Part shown: positions 1 through 7,499 of the stretch, in pieces
Position numbering within the stretch: the first letter of the stretch is position 1
How the letters are laid out: each line of letters begins with the position of its first letter
IMG/VR virus record: IMGVR_UViG_3300042545_001275
Coordinates: 52,099-72,098 of that record
DNA: 20,000 bases
Strand: one strand, 5' to 3'
Origin: an uncultured virus (IMG/VR IMGVR_UViG_3300042545_001275)
Lineage: Duplodnaviria > Heunggongvirae > Uroviricota > Caudoviricetes
Notes under the pieces: generated by a model
Seen by the model: the letters and a program-made list of their open reading frames with translations, nothing else
The model's database searches: none
Told to the model about the DNA's origin: nothing
Position numbers and translations under genes: made by a program

Positions 1-542
1 TTTCTCAATTAGACGTTGAAAATAAAATAATATATTTTTCAAAATGGTTTAATATGAATATCAGATCATTACCATTTAATTTTGAAGTTAAGTCTTGTAT
101 ATATGAGGGATATGATCTTAAATTTATTGAAAAAATTAATGCCATAGATAAAGAAAATGTAAAAGCTAGAATTGGATGGAGGTCCGTTTCAGAATCTTGG
201 AATAAAGCTTCACAATTTATAGATGCGGTTAGTAGCAGAGGATTGATTTCAACAGTATTAGACTATACAGGGGTTGATAATAAAGGTGGAGAAAGAGTAT
301 CCGATGAAATTTATAATTTAAGAAGAGAATCTTGTTTCGGGAGTTCTGAAAAAAATATTAAACCTTGTCATTTTTTGTCAAAAGATTCTGATGATATGCA
401 TTTTTGCAAAGCGTGTGGATGTGGGTCAAATAAACTTGCTGTATTAAATCCAAGACAAGAAGATGGATATTCTAAATTACATTATCCAAATTTAGAATGT
501 CCTTTGGCAAAACCAGGATTTTCTAATCATACTACACAGTAA
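1..542 (+). CDS. Cys-rich (putative metal-binding) domain protein, 5'-truncated by the window edge; paralog of 2076..3179
   Basis: The frame is open upstream of the ATG at 54 to the window edge (SQLDVENKIIYFSKWFNMNIRSL) and aligns with PQLDVENRSIYKSKYFNMQIRGL in the 367-aa ORF. The C-terminal RRESCFG..PC..FCKxCGCG..SKLHYPNLECP domain is nearly identical to the paralog. Confidence 0.85.
   Translation, partial: SQLDVENKIIYFSKWFNMNIRSLPFNFEVKSCIYEGYDLKFIEKINAIDKENVKARIGWRSVSESWNKASQFIDAVSSRGLISTVLDYTGVDNKGGERVSDEIYNLRRESCFGSSEKNIKPCHFLSKDSDDMHFCKACGCGSNKLAVLNPRQEDGYSKLHYPNLECPLAKPGFSNHTTQ
190..527 (+). repeat. Dispersed direct repeat, copy 1 (338 bp)
   Basis: Ungapped match to 2830..3167 at offset 2640. 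I count about 21 mismatches by hand (~94% identity); 414..527 is identical. Confidence 0.95.
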
Positions 543-566
543 TATTATTTGAAAATTCTTCATCAA

Positions 567-573
567 TTAAATA
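567..573 (+). promoter_or_regulatory. T4-like late promoter motif (TTAAATA)
   Basis: TAAATA core ends 10 nt before ATG 584. The same core precedes most plus-strand genes. T4 gp55 consensus is TATAAATA. Confidence 0.55.
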
Positions 574-583
574 ATTATCGACC

Positions 584-1354
584 ATGGCGAAGTGTAACGG
601 ATTAAAAATAACAGCAAGATATTCCAATTCGGAAGGTCCGTGTCCTGGTGATCATAAATGTGATAATGCAGCGTGGAATCTTTATTTAGGGAAAATTTTC
701 ATAGGAGAAATAAATTTAAATAATGCAAATGATGGCGGAAATAGAGTTAGTGAATTATATGCAACTGGTGATGACATAAACGATTATATTTCCGAATTTG
801 GATGTAATTTAAAATTTGAAGCTAAGTGCGTTAATGAATATTGCCATTCCAATATCACTTGGTATCAAGTAGAAACTGATGATGGTGAAATATTATTAGA
901 TAGTTGTGTTTTAGATTCTTTTGAATTGGATTGTTGCGGTGGAGGACCACCCCCACCACCAGTATCTACAACCACCAGAAGACCTACAACAACCACCACC
1001 AGAAGACCAACTACAACAACCAGCACAACAACTGCAACTACTACTAGAAGACCCACAACTACTACTAGAAGACCCACAACTACTACTACTAGAACTACTG
1101 ATAGGTGCGATCCATCAACACAACGACCTCCAATAATTAATGATCCAACAGACGCAGAATTAACTACTATACCTTCTACAAATTCACCATGGGACATAAT
1201 ATTGATTGATCCTAGTTTACCTTTAAATTCTGATACTATTTTAACAACTACTACTAGCAGCACTACAACAAGCACCACCACACCAAGACCTATTTTAATA
1301 CCATCCACCACAATTCAACCTTGTGAAAAAGATTGTAATAAACTAGGATATTAA
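584..1354 (+). CDS. Mucin-like Thr/Pro-rich protein with Cys-rich N-terminal domain and C-terminal CxxxCNKLGY cassette (putative virion surface protein)
   Basis: 256 aa with TTTRRPTTT repeats, a conserved C-terminal cassette shared with 1365..2057 and 3753..5873, no signal peptide and a late-promoter motif upstream. Confidence 0.8.
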   Translation: MAKCNGLKITARYSNSEGPCPGDHKCDNAAWNLYLGKIFIGEINLNNANDGGNRVSELYATGDDINDYISEFGCNLKFEAKCVNEYCHSNITWYQVETDDGEILLDSCVLDSFELDCCGGGPPPPPVSTTTRRPTTTTTRRPTTTTSTTTATTTRRPTTTTRRPTTTTTRTTDRCDPSTQRPPIINDPTDAELTTIPSTNSPWDIILIDPSLPLNSDTILTTTTSSTTTSTTTPRPILIPSTTIQPCEKDCNKLGY

Positions 1355-1360
1355 TAAATA
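1354..1360 (+). promoter_or_regulatory. T4-like late promoter motif (ATAAATA) overlapping the upstream stop codon
   Basis: GGATAT-TAA-TAAATA-ttat-ATG. Confidence 0.6.
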
Positions 1361-1364
1361 TTAT

Positions 1365-2057
1365 ATGGCTCAGGCTCAACAATCATTAATGTATAGATGG
1401 GGAGGAACATTTCCACCCGAAGCTGGTCCAAGAACAAGTTCATTAACAGTATCTGGTATTGGTGATATAGTCTTTACTGTGCAAAGGGCAGGGGCTTTTT
1501 TTGGAACTGGAAGCTACACTTTTATAGTTGAATGGAATGGAATAGTTAGGCAGTACACAGATGTCTTTGATGGCACACTTCCATACGATATGGTAATATT
1601 TAAGTCGAGCGAAGAACCATCAGTTGTAAATATAACGTTGATTGTAAATCAATCAAATTATGGAGGTTTTATCGACGCTTTACTGTCCTATCCTGAACCT
1701 GATCCTACAACTACTCCTACAACAACTCCTACAACCACAACTACTCCCACAACAACTTCAACTTCTACAACTACCCCCACAACAACTCCCACAACAACTC
1801 CAAAACCTCCAGTACCAACAACACTTCCACACCCTCCAATAGATCCCAACGATCCAATCAAATTGGATTCGATACCTTCTGAAAATTCAGATAGAGATAT
1901 AACTCTAATTGATTCGATAAATCCATTAACATCAGATGTTGTTTTGACAACAACTACCACTACAACAACTACCACTACAACAACCACAACTTCAAATCCA
2001 ACATCAACCACCATTTCTCAAATATGTAAATCGGATTGTGATAAGTTGGGATATTAA
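1365..2057 (+). CDS. Mucin-like Thr/Pro-rich protein with beta-rich N-terminal domain and C-terminal CxxxCDKLGY cassette
   Basis: 230 aa with PTTT repeats, a 15-Thr run and the shared C-terminal cassette. Confidence 0.8.
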   Translation: MAQAQQSLMYRWGGTFPPEAGPRTSSLTVSGIGDIVFTVQRAGAFFGTGSYTFIVEWNGIVRQYTDVFDGTLPYDMVIFKSSEEPSVVNITLIVNQSNYGGFIDALLSYPEPDPTTTPTTTPTTTTTPTTTSTSTTTPTTTPTTTPKPPVPTTLPHPPIDPNDPIKLDSIPSENSDRDITLIDSINPLTSDVVLTTTTTTTTTTTTTTTSNPTSTTISQICKSDCDKLGY

Positions 2058-2075
2058 TATCAACAAATAAAATAT

Positions 2076-3179
2076 ATGAATGATACAAACATTATAACAA
2101 CAGACAATGAAAACATCGATTGTATTAATCTTTTAAAGAATGCATCTGGTAAAACATATTGCAAATTTTTATCAAATAAAATTGGAAAAGAATTTCAAAC
2201 ATGTTCTGAATTATGTAAAATGCATTGTTTTGAAACTGGACCATATAACAATAAATCAATTTCAAAAGAACAAGAAAAAGATTTTATTGTAAAATCAATC
2301 AAAGAATATGATATATCTTCATTAAAATCTGTTGAAAAAATATTAGATGATTATGATTCATTTTTTGATATATCAGTTCCTATTTTTTATATTGATATAT
2401 TACAAAATTTAAAATTTTTAAATAAATTTAACGGATTTAAAAAATTCACATTAACTGGAGATTGTATTATAACTTCCAAACAATCTGATTTAAAAAATTT
2501 AGATATTGTTCTTTGGTTTGATTCTATGCAAAATTTCATCAATCAGAATGTAAAATCGGAATTACCAGAGGTTATAAATAATATAAAAACAAATTATTAT
2601 ATATATACAGGAAATATTGAAAATGTATCAGATGTTATATATCCACAATTAGATGTTGAAAATAGAAGTATATACAAATCTAAGTACTTCAATATGCAAA
2701 TTAGAGGATTGCAAGTAGGTCTTCAAATAAAAGAAAATTTAAATGAAGAAAATAATATTATTAAAATTGATAATACAGAAGATATCAACAAAGAAAAAAT
2801 AAAACCAAAACTTGGTTGGAATTTGGTTGCAGAATCTTGGAGTAAAGCTTCACAATTTATAGATGCTGCTAGTAGTAGAGGCTTGATTTCAACAGTATTA
2901 GACTATACAGGAGTTGATAATAAAGGTGGAGAAAGAGTATCCGATGAAATTTATAATTTAAGAAGAGAATCTTGTTTTGGAAATATTGAAAAGAACATAG
3001 AACCTTGTCAATTTTTGTCAAAAGATCCTGATGATATGTACTTTTGCAAAGGATGTGGATGTGGGTCAAATAAACTTGCTGTATTAAATCCAAGACAAGA
3101 AGATGGATATTCTAAATTACATTATCCAAATTTAGAATGTCCTTTGGCAAAACCAGGATTTTCTAATTATATAGAATGA
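2076..3179 (+). CDS. Multi-domain protein: N-terminal Cys cluster, possible degenerate nucleotidyltransferase-like middle, C-terminal Cys-rich (CxxCGC...CP) domain
   Basis: 367 aa with C..C..CxxxCxxxC at the N-terminus and FTLTGDCI...NLDIVLW in the middle. The C-terminal domain is duplicated in 1..542. Confidence 0.75.
   Translation: MNDTNIITTDNENIDCINLLKNASGKTYCKFLSNKIGKEFQTCSELCKMHCFETGPYNNKSISKEQEKDFIVKSIKEYDISSLKSVEKILDDYDSFFDISVPIFYIDILQNLKFLNKFNGFKKFTLTGDCIITSKQSDLKNLDIVLWFDSMQNFINQNVKSELPEVINNIKTNYYIYTGNIENVSDVIYPQLDVENRSIYKSKYFNMQIRGLQVGLQIKENLNEENNIIKIDNTEDINKEKIKPKLGWNLVAESWSKASQFIDAASSRGLISTVLDYTGVDNKGGERVSDEIYNLRRESCFGNIEKNIEPCQFLSKDPDDMYFCKGCGCGSNKLAVLNPRQEDGYSKLHYPNLECPLAKPGFSNYIE
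2830..3167 (+). repeat. Dispersed direct repeat, copy 2 (338 bp)
   Basis: Matches 190..527 at about 94% identity, ungapped. Confidence 0.95.
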
Positions 3180-3208
3180 TTGTTAATCCACTACATTTAA
3201 ATTTGTCA

Positions 3209-3215
3209 ATAAATA
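3209..3215 (+). promoter_or_regulatory. T4-like late promoter motif (ATAAATA)
   Basis: Ends 10 nt before ATG 3226. Confidence 0.6.
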
Positions 3216-3225
3216 ATAATTAAGC

Positions 3226-3756
3226 ATGGTTACATTAACTGTAAATGGTTCTCCATATTCTGCCGCTATAAGTGCGGTCAATGATGAAGATTGGTATAAT
3301 TTTACACCAAGTTCCACCAGTCTTTATACAATGAGGACATATGGAAATACAGATATGTTGATGTATCTGTATTCCAGCGATCAAACAACCCTATTAGCTT
3401 CTGATGATGATAGTGGCGGTAATGGTCAATCGTTAATAACATATAATTTAAATGCTAGTCAAATCTATTATTTAAAATTAAGAGGATATGGTTCAAGTAC
3501 TGGAAATTATGAAGTTGCTGTATTTTTACAAAATCCAAGTTTTACATCTTGTTATGGTACTACAATACTAAACGCTTGTAACTGTAATTCTGGTTCTATA
3601 AGCAGATTTTATACTGGATCATTAGGAATTAATACTGTAATATACACTGATAATAGTTTATCAAACTTTTCAGCAGATGGATTATATCGAGTAAATTCAT
3701 CAACAGTTTATGTTTTAAGTAGTGGAAATGGAACTATCAATAATATAAGATCATGA
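3226..3756 (+). CDS. PPC-like (pre-peptidase C-terminal / collagen-binding-type beta-sandwich) domain plus one 71-aa-type repeat; probably the N-terminal part of a split gene with 3753..5873
   Basis: DEDWYNF...YT.RT.G.TD...YLY.....LLASDDDSGG....I.Y.L.A...YYLK.RGY....G.Y is a typical PPC pattern. The last ~70 aa (YG.T..NAC...FYTGSL..NT.IYTD..L...ADG.YR) match the repeats of the next ORF. Confidence 0.75.
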   Translation: MVTLTVNGSPYSAAISAVNDEDWYNFTPSSTSLYTMRTYGNTDMLMYLYSSDQTTLLASDDDSGGNGQSLITYNLNASQIYYLKLRGYGSSTGNYEVAVFLQNPSFTSCYGTTILNACNCNSGSISRFYTGSLGINTVIYTDNSLSNFSADGLYRVNSSTVYVLSSGNGTINNIRS

Positions 3757-5873
3757 CCAGCGACATTTACTTATATTATGGAGCAACTTCTGGTTCTGCT
3801 TGTACTAGTAACACTGGTTCAACTGTATATTATGAAGGATATATTGATATAGGAACTGCATTATATAGTGATGTTGATTTAATTACCCCTGCATCTGATG
3901 GATATTATAATTATTATGGAACGATATATTATGTAGTTAGTGGAGTTGTTGATTCATCTTCAACTTGTCCAGATTATAGTGTTGTATATTTTGGATCTAC
4001 AGTAGGAACTTCGTGTACTAGTAATACTGAATCAACTGTATATTATGAAGGATATATTGATATAGGAACTGCATTATATAGTGATGTTGATTTAATCACC
4101 CCTGCATCTGATGGATATTATAATTATGATGGAACGATATATTATGTAGTTAGTGGAGTTGTTGATTCATCTTCAACTTGTCCAGATTATAGTGTTGTAT
4201 ATTTCGGATCTACTGTAGGAACTGCTTGTGCTGATAATACTGAAACAACGGTATTCTATACTGGTTCTTTTACTACAGGAAATACATTATATACTGATGC
4301 TGATTTAACTATAACTGTTCCTAATGGATATTATAATTATTATGGAACGATATATTATGTAGTTAGTGGAGTTGTTGATTCATCTTCAACTTGTCCAAAT
4401 TCTACTTATTTATATTTTGGATCTACTGTAGGAACTTCGTGTACTAGTAATACTGGATCGACTGTATATCATACAGGATCTTTCGAAATAGGAACTACAT
4501 TATACACCGATTTTGATTTAACTATAACTGTTCCTGATGGATATTATAAAAGTGGAAACATAGTATATCAAACAATAGATGGAGTTATTCAATCTTCATC
4601 ATCTTGTCCAACTTCATTTTTTTTGTATTTTGGATCTACTGTAGGAACTGCGTGTACTAGTAATACTGGATCGACTGTATATCATACAGGATTTTTCGAA
4701 ATAGGAACTACATTATATACTGATGCTGATTTAACTACAACAGTATCTGATGGATATTATAAATATGAAAACACAGTATATCAAACAATAGGTGGAGTTA
4801 TTCAATCTTCTTTAAATTGTCCATTATCCTCCACTCTATCATATACTTTAGATAATTCTTGTTTTACTGGAACAACATCTGTATTATATTATATCGGTTC
4901 TCTTATAGAAGGAACTTTAGTATATAGCGATTTTAATAGAACCATACCAGCAGATGATGGTTATTATAGAGAGAGTGTAAGTGTTGTTTATGTAGTGTTA
5001 AACGGCGTAATAACCAGCATTACAAAATGCAACTATCAAACAAGCACAACCTTTACAACACAACCGCCAACGCAGCTCTGTCCTGGTAGAGCTATAGTTA
5101 TACAAATTTGCAATAGCAATGCTGTAAAAGATGATAATTTTGATATTTATGTAAATGGATATTATCTAGGTGGGCTTGATTTAAATTCAGATGCTCAAGT
5201 GGGTTCTATATTTATAGGATCTGATATTCCAAATTTAACAATAGTAAATCAAGATTTTGCCTGTCCATTAAACCAAATGGTAGAATATAGATTTAATGAA
5301 AATATATTAAATCTAGGAAATAACAATAACCTGTATATGAAAAATACGCAGGATAATTTTAATGGCAATCTTGGAACAGTACAAATTAGAGCTTATGATA
5401 TTATTGGAACTCTTTTGTTAAATCCAACTGTTATAGCAGATTTAACATATAGTGGGGATGAGGGTTATGATTTTCTTTTTGAAAATGTTGATATTTTTTG
5501 CCCCACCACAACAACCACAACATCAGCTCCTACTACTACCACTACTAGCACCACAACACTTGCTCCTGTCACTACTACTACTACTACTACTACCACTTCA
5601 CCGCCAACCACTACATTACCGCCATGTCCTGTTCATACATCGCAACCCCCGCCATTTATCAATACTCCAAAAGGAATAGAATTAGAATCTATAATTTCTA
5701 CAAATTCTCCCAGAAATATAACATTAGTTGAATCTTCAGATCCTTTAACTTCTGATATTATTTTAACAACTACCACAACTACTACCACAACTACCACAAC
5801 CACGACTACAACTACAATATATCCAACAACAATATTAAATTGTAACCCATATTGCAATAAATTGGGCTATTAA
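3753..5873 (+). CDS. Large Tyr/Thr/Gly-rich repeat protein (six ~71-aa repeats, globular domain, mucin-like stalk, CxxxCNKLGY cassette); putative virion fibre/adhesin
   Basis: 706 aa with a 213-nt repeat period, Thr runs, the shared C-terminal cassette and an ATGA overlap with the upstream ORF. Confidence 0.8.
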   Translation: MTSDIYLYYGATSGSACTSNTGSTVYYEGYIDIGTALYSDVDLITPASDGYYNYYGTIYYVVSGVVDSSSTCPDYSVVYFGSTVGTSCTSNTESTVYYEGYIDIGTALYSDVDLITPASDGYYNYDGTIYYVVSGVVDSSSTCPDYSVVYFGSTVGTACADNTETTVFYTGSFTTGNTLYTDADLTITVPNGYYNYYGTIYYVVSGVVDSSSTCPNSTYLYFGSTVGTSCTSNTGSTVYHTGSFEIGTTLYTDFDLTITVPDGYYKSGNIVYQTIDGVIQSSSSCPTSFFLYFGSTVGTACTSNTGSTVYHTGFFEIGTTLYTDADLTTTVSDGYYKYENTVYQTIGGVIQSSLNCPLSSTLSYTLDNSCFTGTTSVLYYIGSLIEGTLVYSDFNRTIPADDGYYRESVSVVYVVLNGVITSITKCNYQTSTTFTTQPPTQLCPGRAIVIQICNSNAVKDDNFDIYVNGYYLGGLDLNSDAQVGSIFIGSDIPNLTIVNQDFACPLNQMVEYRFNENILNLGNNNNLYMKNTQDNFNGNLGTVQIRAYDIIGTLLLNPTVIADLTYSGDEGYDFLFENVDIFCPTTTTTTSAPTTTTTSTTTLAPVTTTTTTTTTSPPTTTLPPCPVHTSQPPPFINTPKGIELESIISTNSPRNITLVESSDPLTSDIILTTTTTTTTTTTTTTTTTIYPTTILNCNPYCNKLGY
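3774..5030 (+). repeat. Intragenic tandem repeat, six units of about 213 bp (71 aa)
   Basis: tcaactgtatattatgaaggatatattgatatagg occurs at 3819 and 4032. Units 1/2 and 4/5 are near-identical pairs; unit 6 is diverged. Confidence 0.9.
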
Positions 5874-5879
5874 TAAATA
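5873..5879 (+). promoter_or_regulatory. T4-like late promoter motif (ATAAATA) overlapping the upstream stop codon
   Basis: GGCTAT-TAA-TAAATA-tgtcaat-ATG. Confidence 0.6.
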
Positions 5880-5886
5880 TGTCAAT

Positions 5887-6816
5887 ATGAGAAAATTGAC
5901 CATTGGAATGGCGACTTATGATGATTATGATGGTGTTTATTTTACAATTCAATCAATTAGAATGTATCATAAAGAAGTTTTAAATGATATTGAATTTGTA
6001 ATAATCGATAATAATCCATCTGGAAATCATGCAAAACCAATCAGAGAATTGACTGATTGGATAAAAGAACCAGTTCAATACTTTCCATTTACTAAATTTA
6101 AATCAACCACTGTAAAAAATAAAGTATTTGAAATAGCTGACACACCATATGTGATGTGTATTGATAGTCATGTATTACTAGAACCAGGATGTTTAAAAAA
6201 ATTAATAGATTTTTATGATGCTGGTCTTGATAATGGCAATTTATTACAAGGTCCGCTTATATACGATGACTTATCAAACATCTCAACACACTTTGATTTA
6301 AAATGGAGTGGTCACATGTGGGGTACATGGGCTACCGATGATAAAGGAAAAGACATAGATTCGCCACCATTTGAAATTCCAGCACAAGGAATGGGTTTGT
6401 TTTCATGCAGAAAAAATTCTTGGTTGGGATTTAATAAAGAATTTCGTGGATTTGGCGGAGAAGAAGGATACATTCATGAAAAATACAGAAAAAACGGTAA
6501 ACAAACGTTATGTTTACCGTTTTTGAAATGGCTCCATAGATTTGGTAGACCATCAGGAGTTCCTTATGTTAATGATCTAAAAGATCGTTTTAGAAATTAC
6601 ATGATTGGATTTATTGAACTTGGTTTAGATACAACAGAACTTAAAAATCATTTTAGTCAAGCTTTATCTAAACAAGATATTGAAGCTATAGAGCAAGAAA
6701 GCATTCTTTTAAATAAAGAATTGGATAAAATTATAAATCCAACCAAAACTATAAAATGCATTGATGTTTACTGTCAAGACAAAACACCCAATTCAATTTC
6801 TGTGTTAACATCATGA
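5887..6816 (+). CDS. GT-A fold glycosyltransferase with polypeptide HexNAc-transferase-like (GT27/GT60-like) motifs
   Basis: LTIGMATYD and IEFVIIDN form a GT-A N-terminus; VMCIDSHVLL gives DxH; GMGLFSCRK...FRGFGGEEGYI...G....LP...HRFGR resembles the Gal/GalNAc-T motif. Confidence 0.85.
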   Translation: MRKLTIGMATYDDYDGVYFTIQSIRMYHKEVLNDIEFVIIDNNPSGNHAKPIRELTDWIKEPVQYFPFTKFKSTTVKNKVFEIADTPYVMCIDSHVLLEPGCLKKLIDFYDAGLDNGNLLQGPLIYDDLSNISTHFDLKWSGHMWGTWATDDKGKDIDSPPFEIPAQGMGLFSCRKNSWLGFNKEFRGFGGEEGYIHEKYRKNGKQTLCLPFLKWLHRFGRPSGVPYVNDLKDRFRNYMIGFIELGLDTTELKNHFSQALSKQDIEAIEQESILLNKELDKIINPTKTIKCIDVYCQDKTPNSISVLTS

Positions 6817-7013
6817 AGCATTGCTGGATAGCGTTCTTCGATATAATGTTCAATAGCCACTGGTTTTAAAAAATTATCAACATCCAGCTTTAATTCTTCG
6901 GCTTTCCCTTGAATAAACTCAAGGGCTTCGATTAAACACGCCCATCTAGCGAAAGAAACGCTGTTCATTTGTTCAACTGTACCATTTGCTCGTTCGATTA
7001 TTACTTTGTTCAT
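6774..7013 (-). CDS. Hypothetical helical protein (79 aa)
   Basis: ATG start 9 nt after the upstream stop, protein-like composition, 43-nt convergent overlap with the glycosyltransferase. Confidence 0.7.
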   Translation of the reverse strand: MNKVIIERANGTVEQMNSVSFARWACLIEALEFIQGKAEELKLDVDNFLKPVAIEHYIEERYPAMLHDVNTEIELGVLS

Positions 7014-7022
7014 GCCAGAATA

Positions 7023-7499
7023 TTATTCTAGTTTTTTATTAATCAAATTTTCAAAAATTGTATTATTATCAGCTGGTTGAGCAACCAATATGCTGTCATA
7101 ACTTATAAAAATTTTATATTTTTCTTTACAATTTTTACATTCTGTTAAGTTTTCAGAATTTGGGAGAAGTATCCCTTGAAATAAATCACTGCCGCAATTG
7201 CAAGGTATGTTTACAAACTGTTCATCTAATAATCTTTCATACTCTTGAATAACTTCGTCTTTTTCATTTATCAATTCTAACAATTCCTCTGAATTTACAT
7301 CATTGTTGTTGGAATTTTGAGTATTTTTAGTGAGATTTATTATAAAATAAATACCCGTTAGTAAAAAAATCAAAGAAATTAAAATAAAAAAAGAACTTTG
7401 GAATGGAATAGATAAAAAACTCAACCCATATGAAAATGCAGTTGTGAATATCAGACCAATAGCAAAGACGAAAGAATGAAATTTAATATTACTTATCAT
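7023..7499 (-). CDS. Membrane protein with two N-terminal TM helices, coiled coil and C-terminal zinc ribbon
   Basis: Two hydrophobic stretches, then CNCG...CKNCK. The start is probably ATG 7499 or 7505, coupled to the upstream stop, rather than GTG 7517. Confidence 0.7.
   Translation of the reverse strand: MISNIKFHSFVFAIGLIFTTAFSYGLSFLSIPFQSSFFILISLIFLLTGIYFIINLTKNTQNSNNNDVNSEELLELINEKDEVIQEYERLLDEQFVNIPCNCGSDLFQGILLPNSENLTECKNCKEKYKIFISYDSILVAQPADNNTIFENLINKKLE

Noticed and set aside
865..1311. Val-rich minus-strand ORFs (865..1311, 1688..2014, 5633..5857) and Gln/Leu-rich alternative-frame ORFs (921..1136, 1660..1842, 5452..5679)
   Set aside because: They are shadows of ACN Thr-codon runs in the real plus-strand genes.
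1319..1354. CxxxC tail as a radical-SAM motif or RiPP core
   Set aside because: There is no third Cys (CxxxCxxC) and no RiPP maturase in the window.
190..3167. 338-bp repeat pair as a diversity-generating retroelement TR/VR
   Set aside because: Mismatches are not adenine-specific (many C/T), both copies are coding, and there is no reverse transcriptase in the window.
3182..3209. Antisense sigma70 promoter (minus-strand TTGACA at 3204-3209)
   Set aside because: The -35 is perfect, but the hexamer at the expected -10 position (ATTAAC) is poor and there is no credible downstream gene; 2869..3093 is a shadow ORF.
3754..3756. TGA read-through (selenocysteine or alternative genetic code)
   Set aside because: In-frame read-through does not continue the repeat (PATFTYIMEQ...); a frame change is needed. 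Other genes end normally at TGA/TAA/TAG.
3774..5030. Tandem repeats as a CRISPR array
   Set aside because: They are 213-bp in-frame coding units with no unique spacers and no cas genes.
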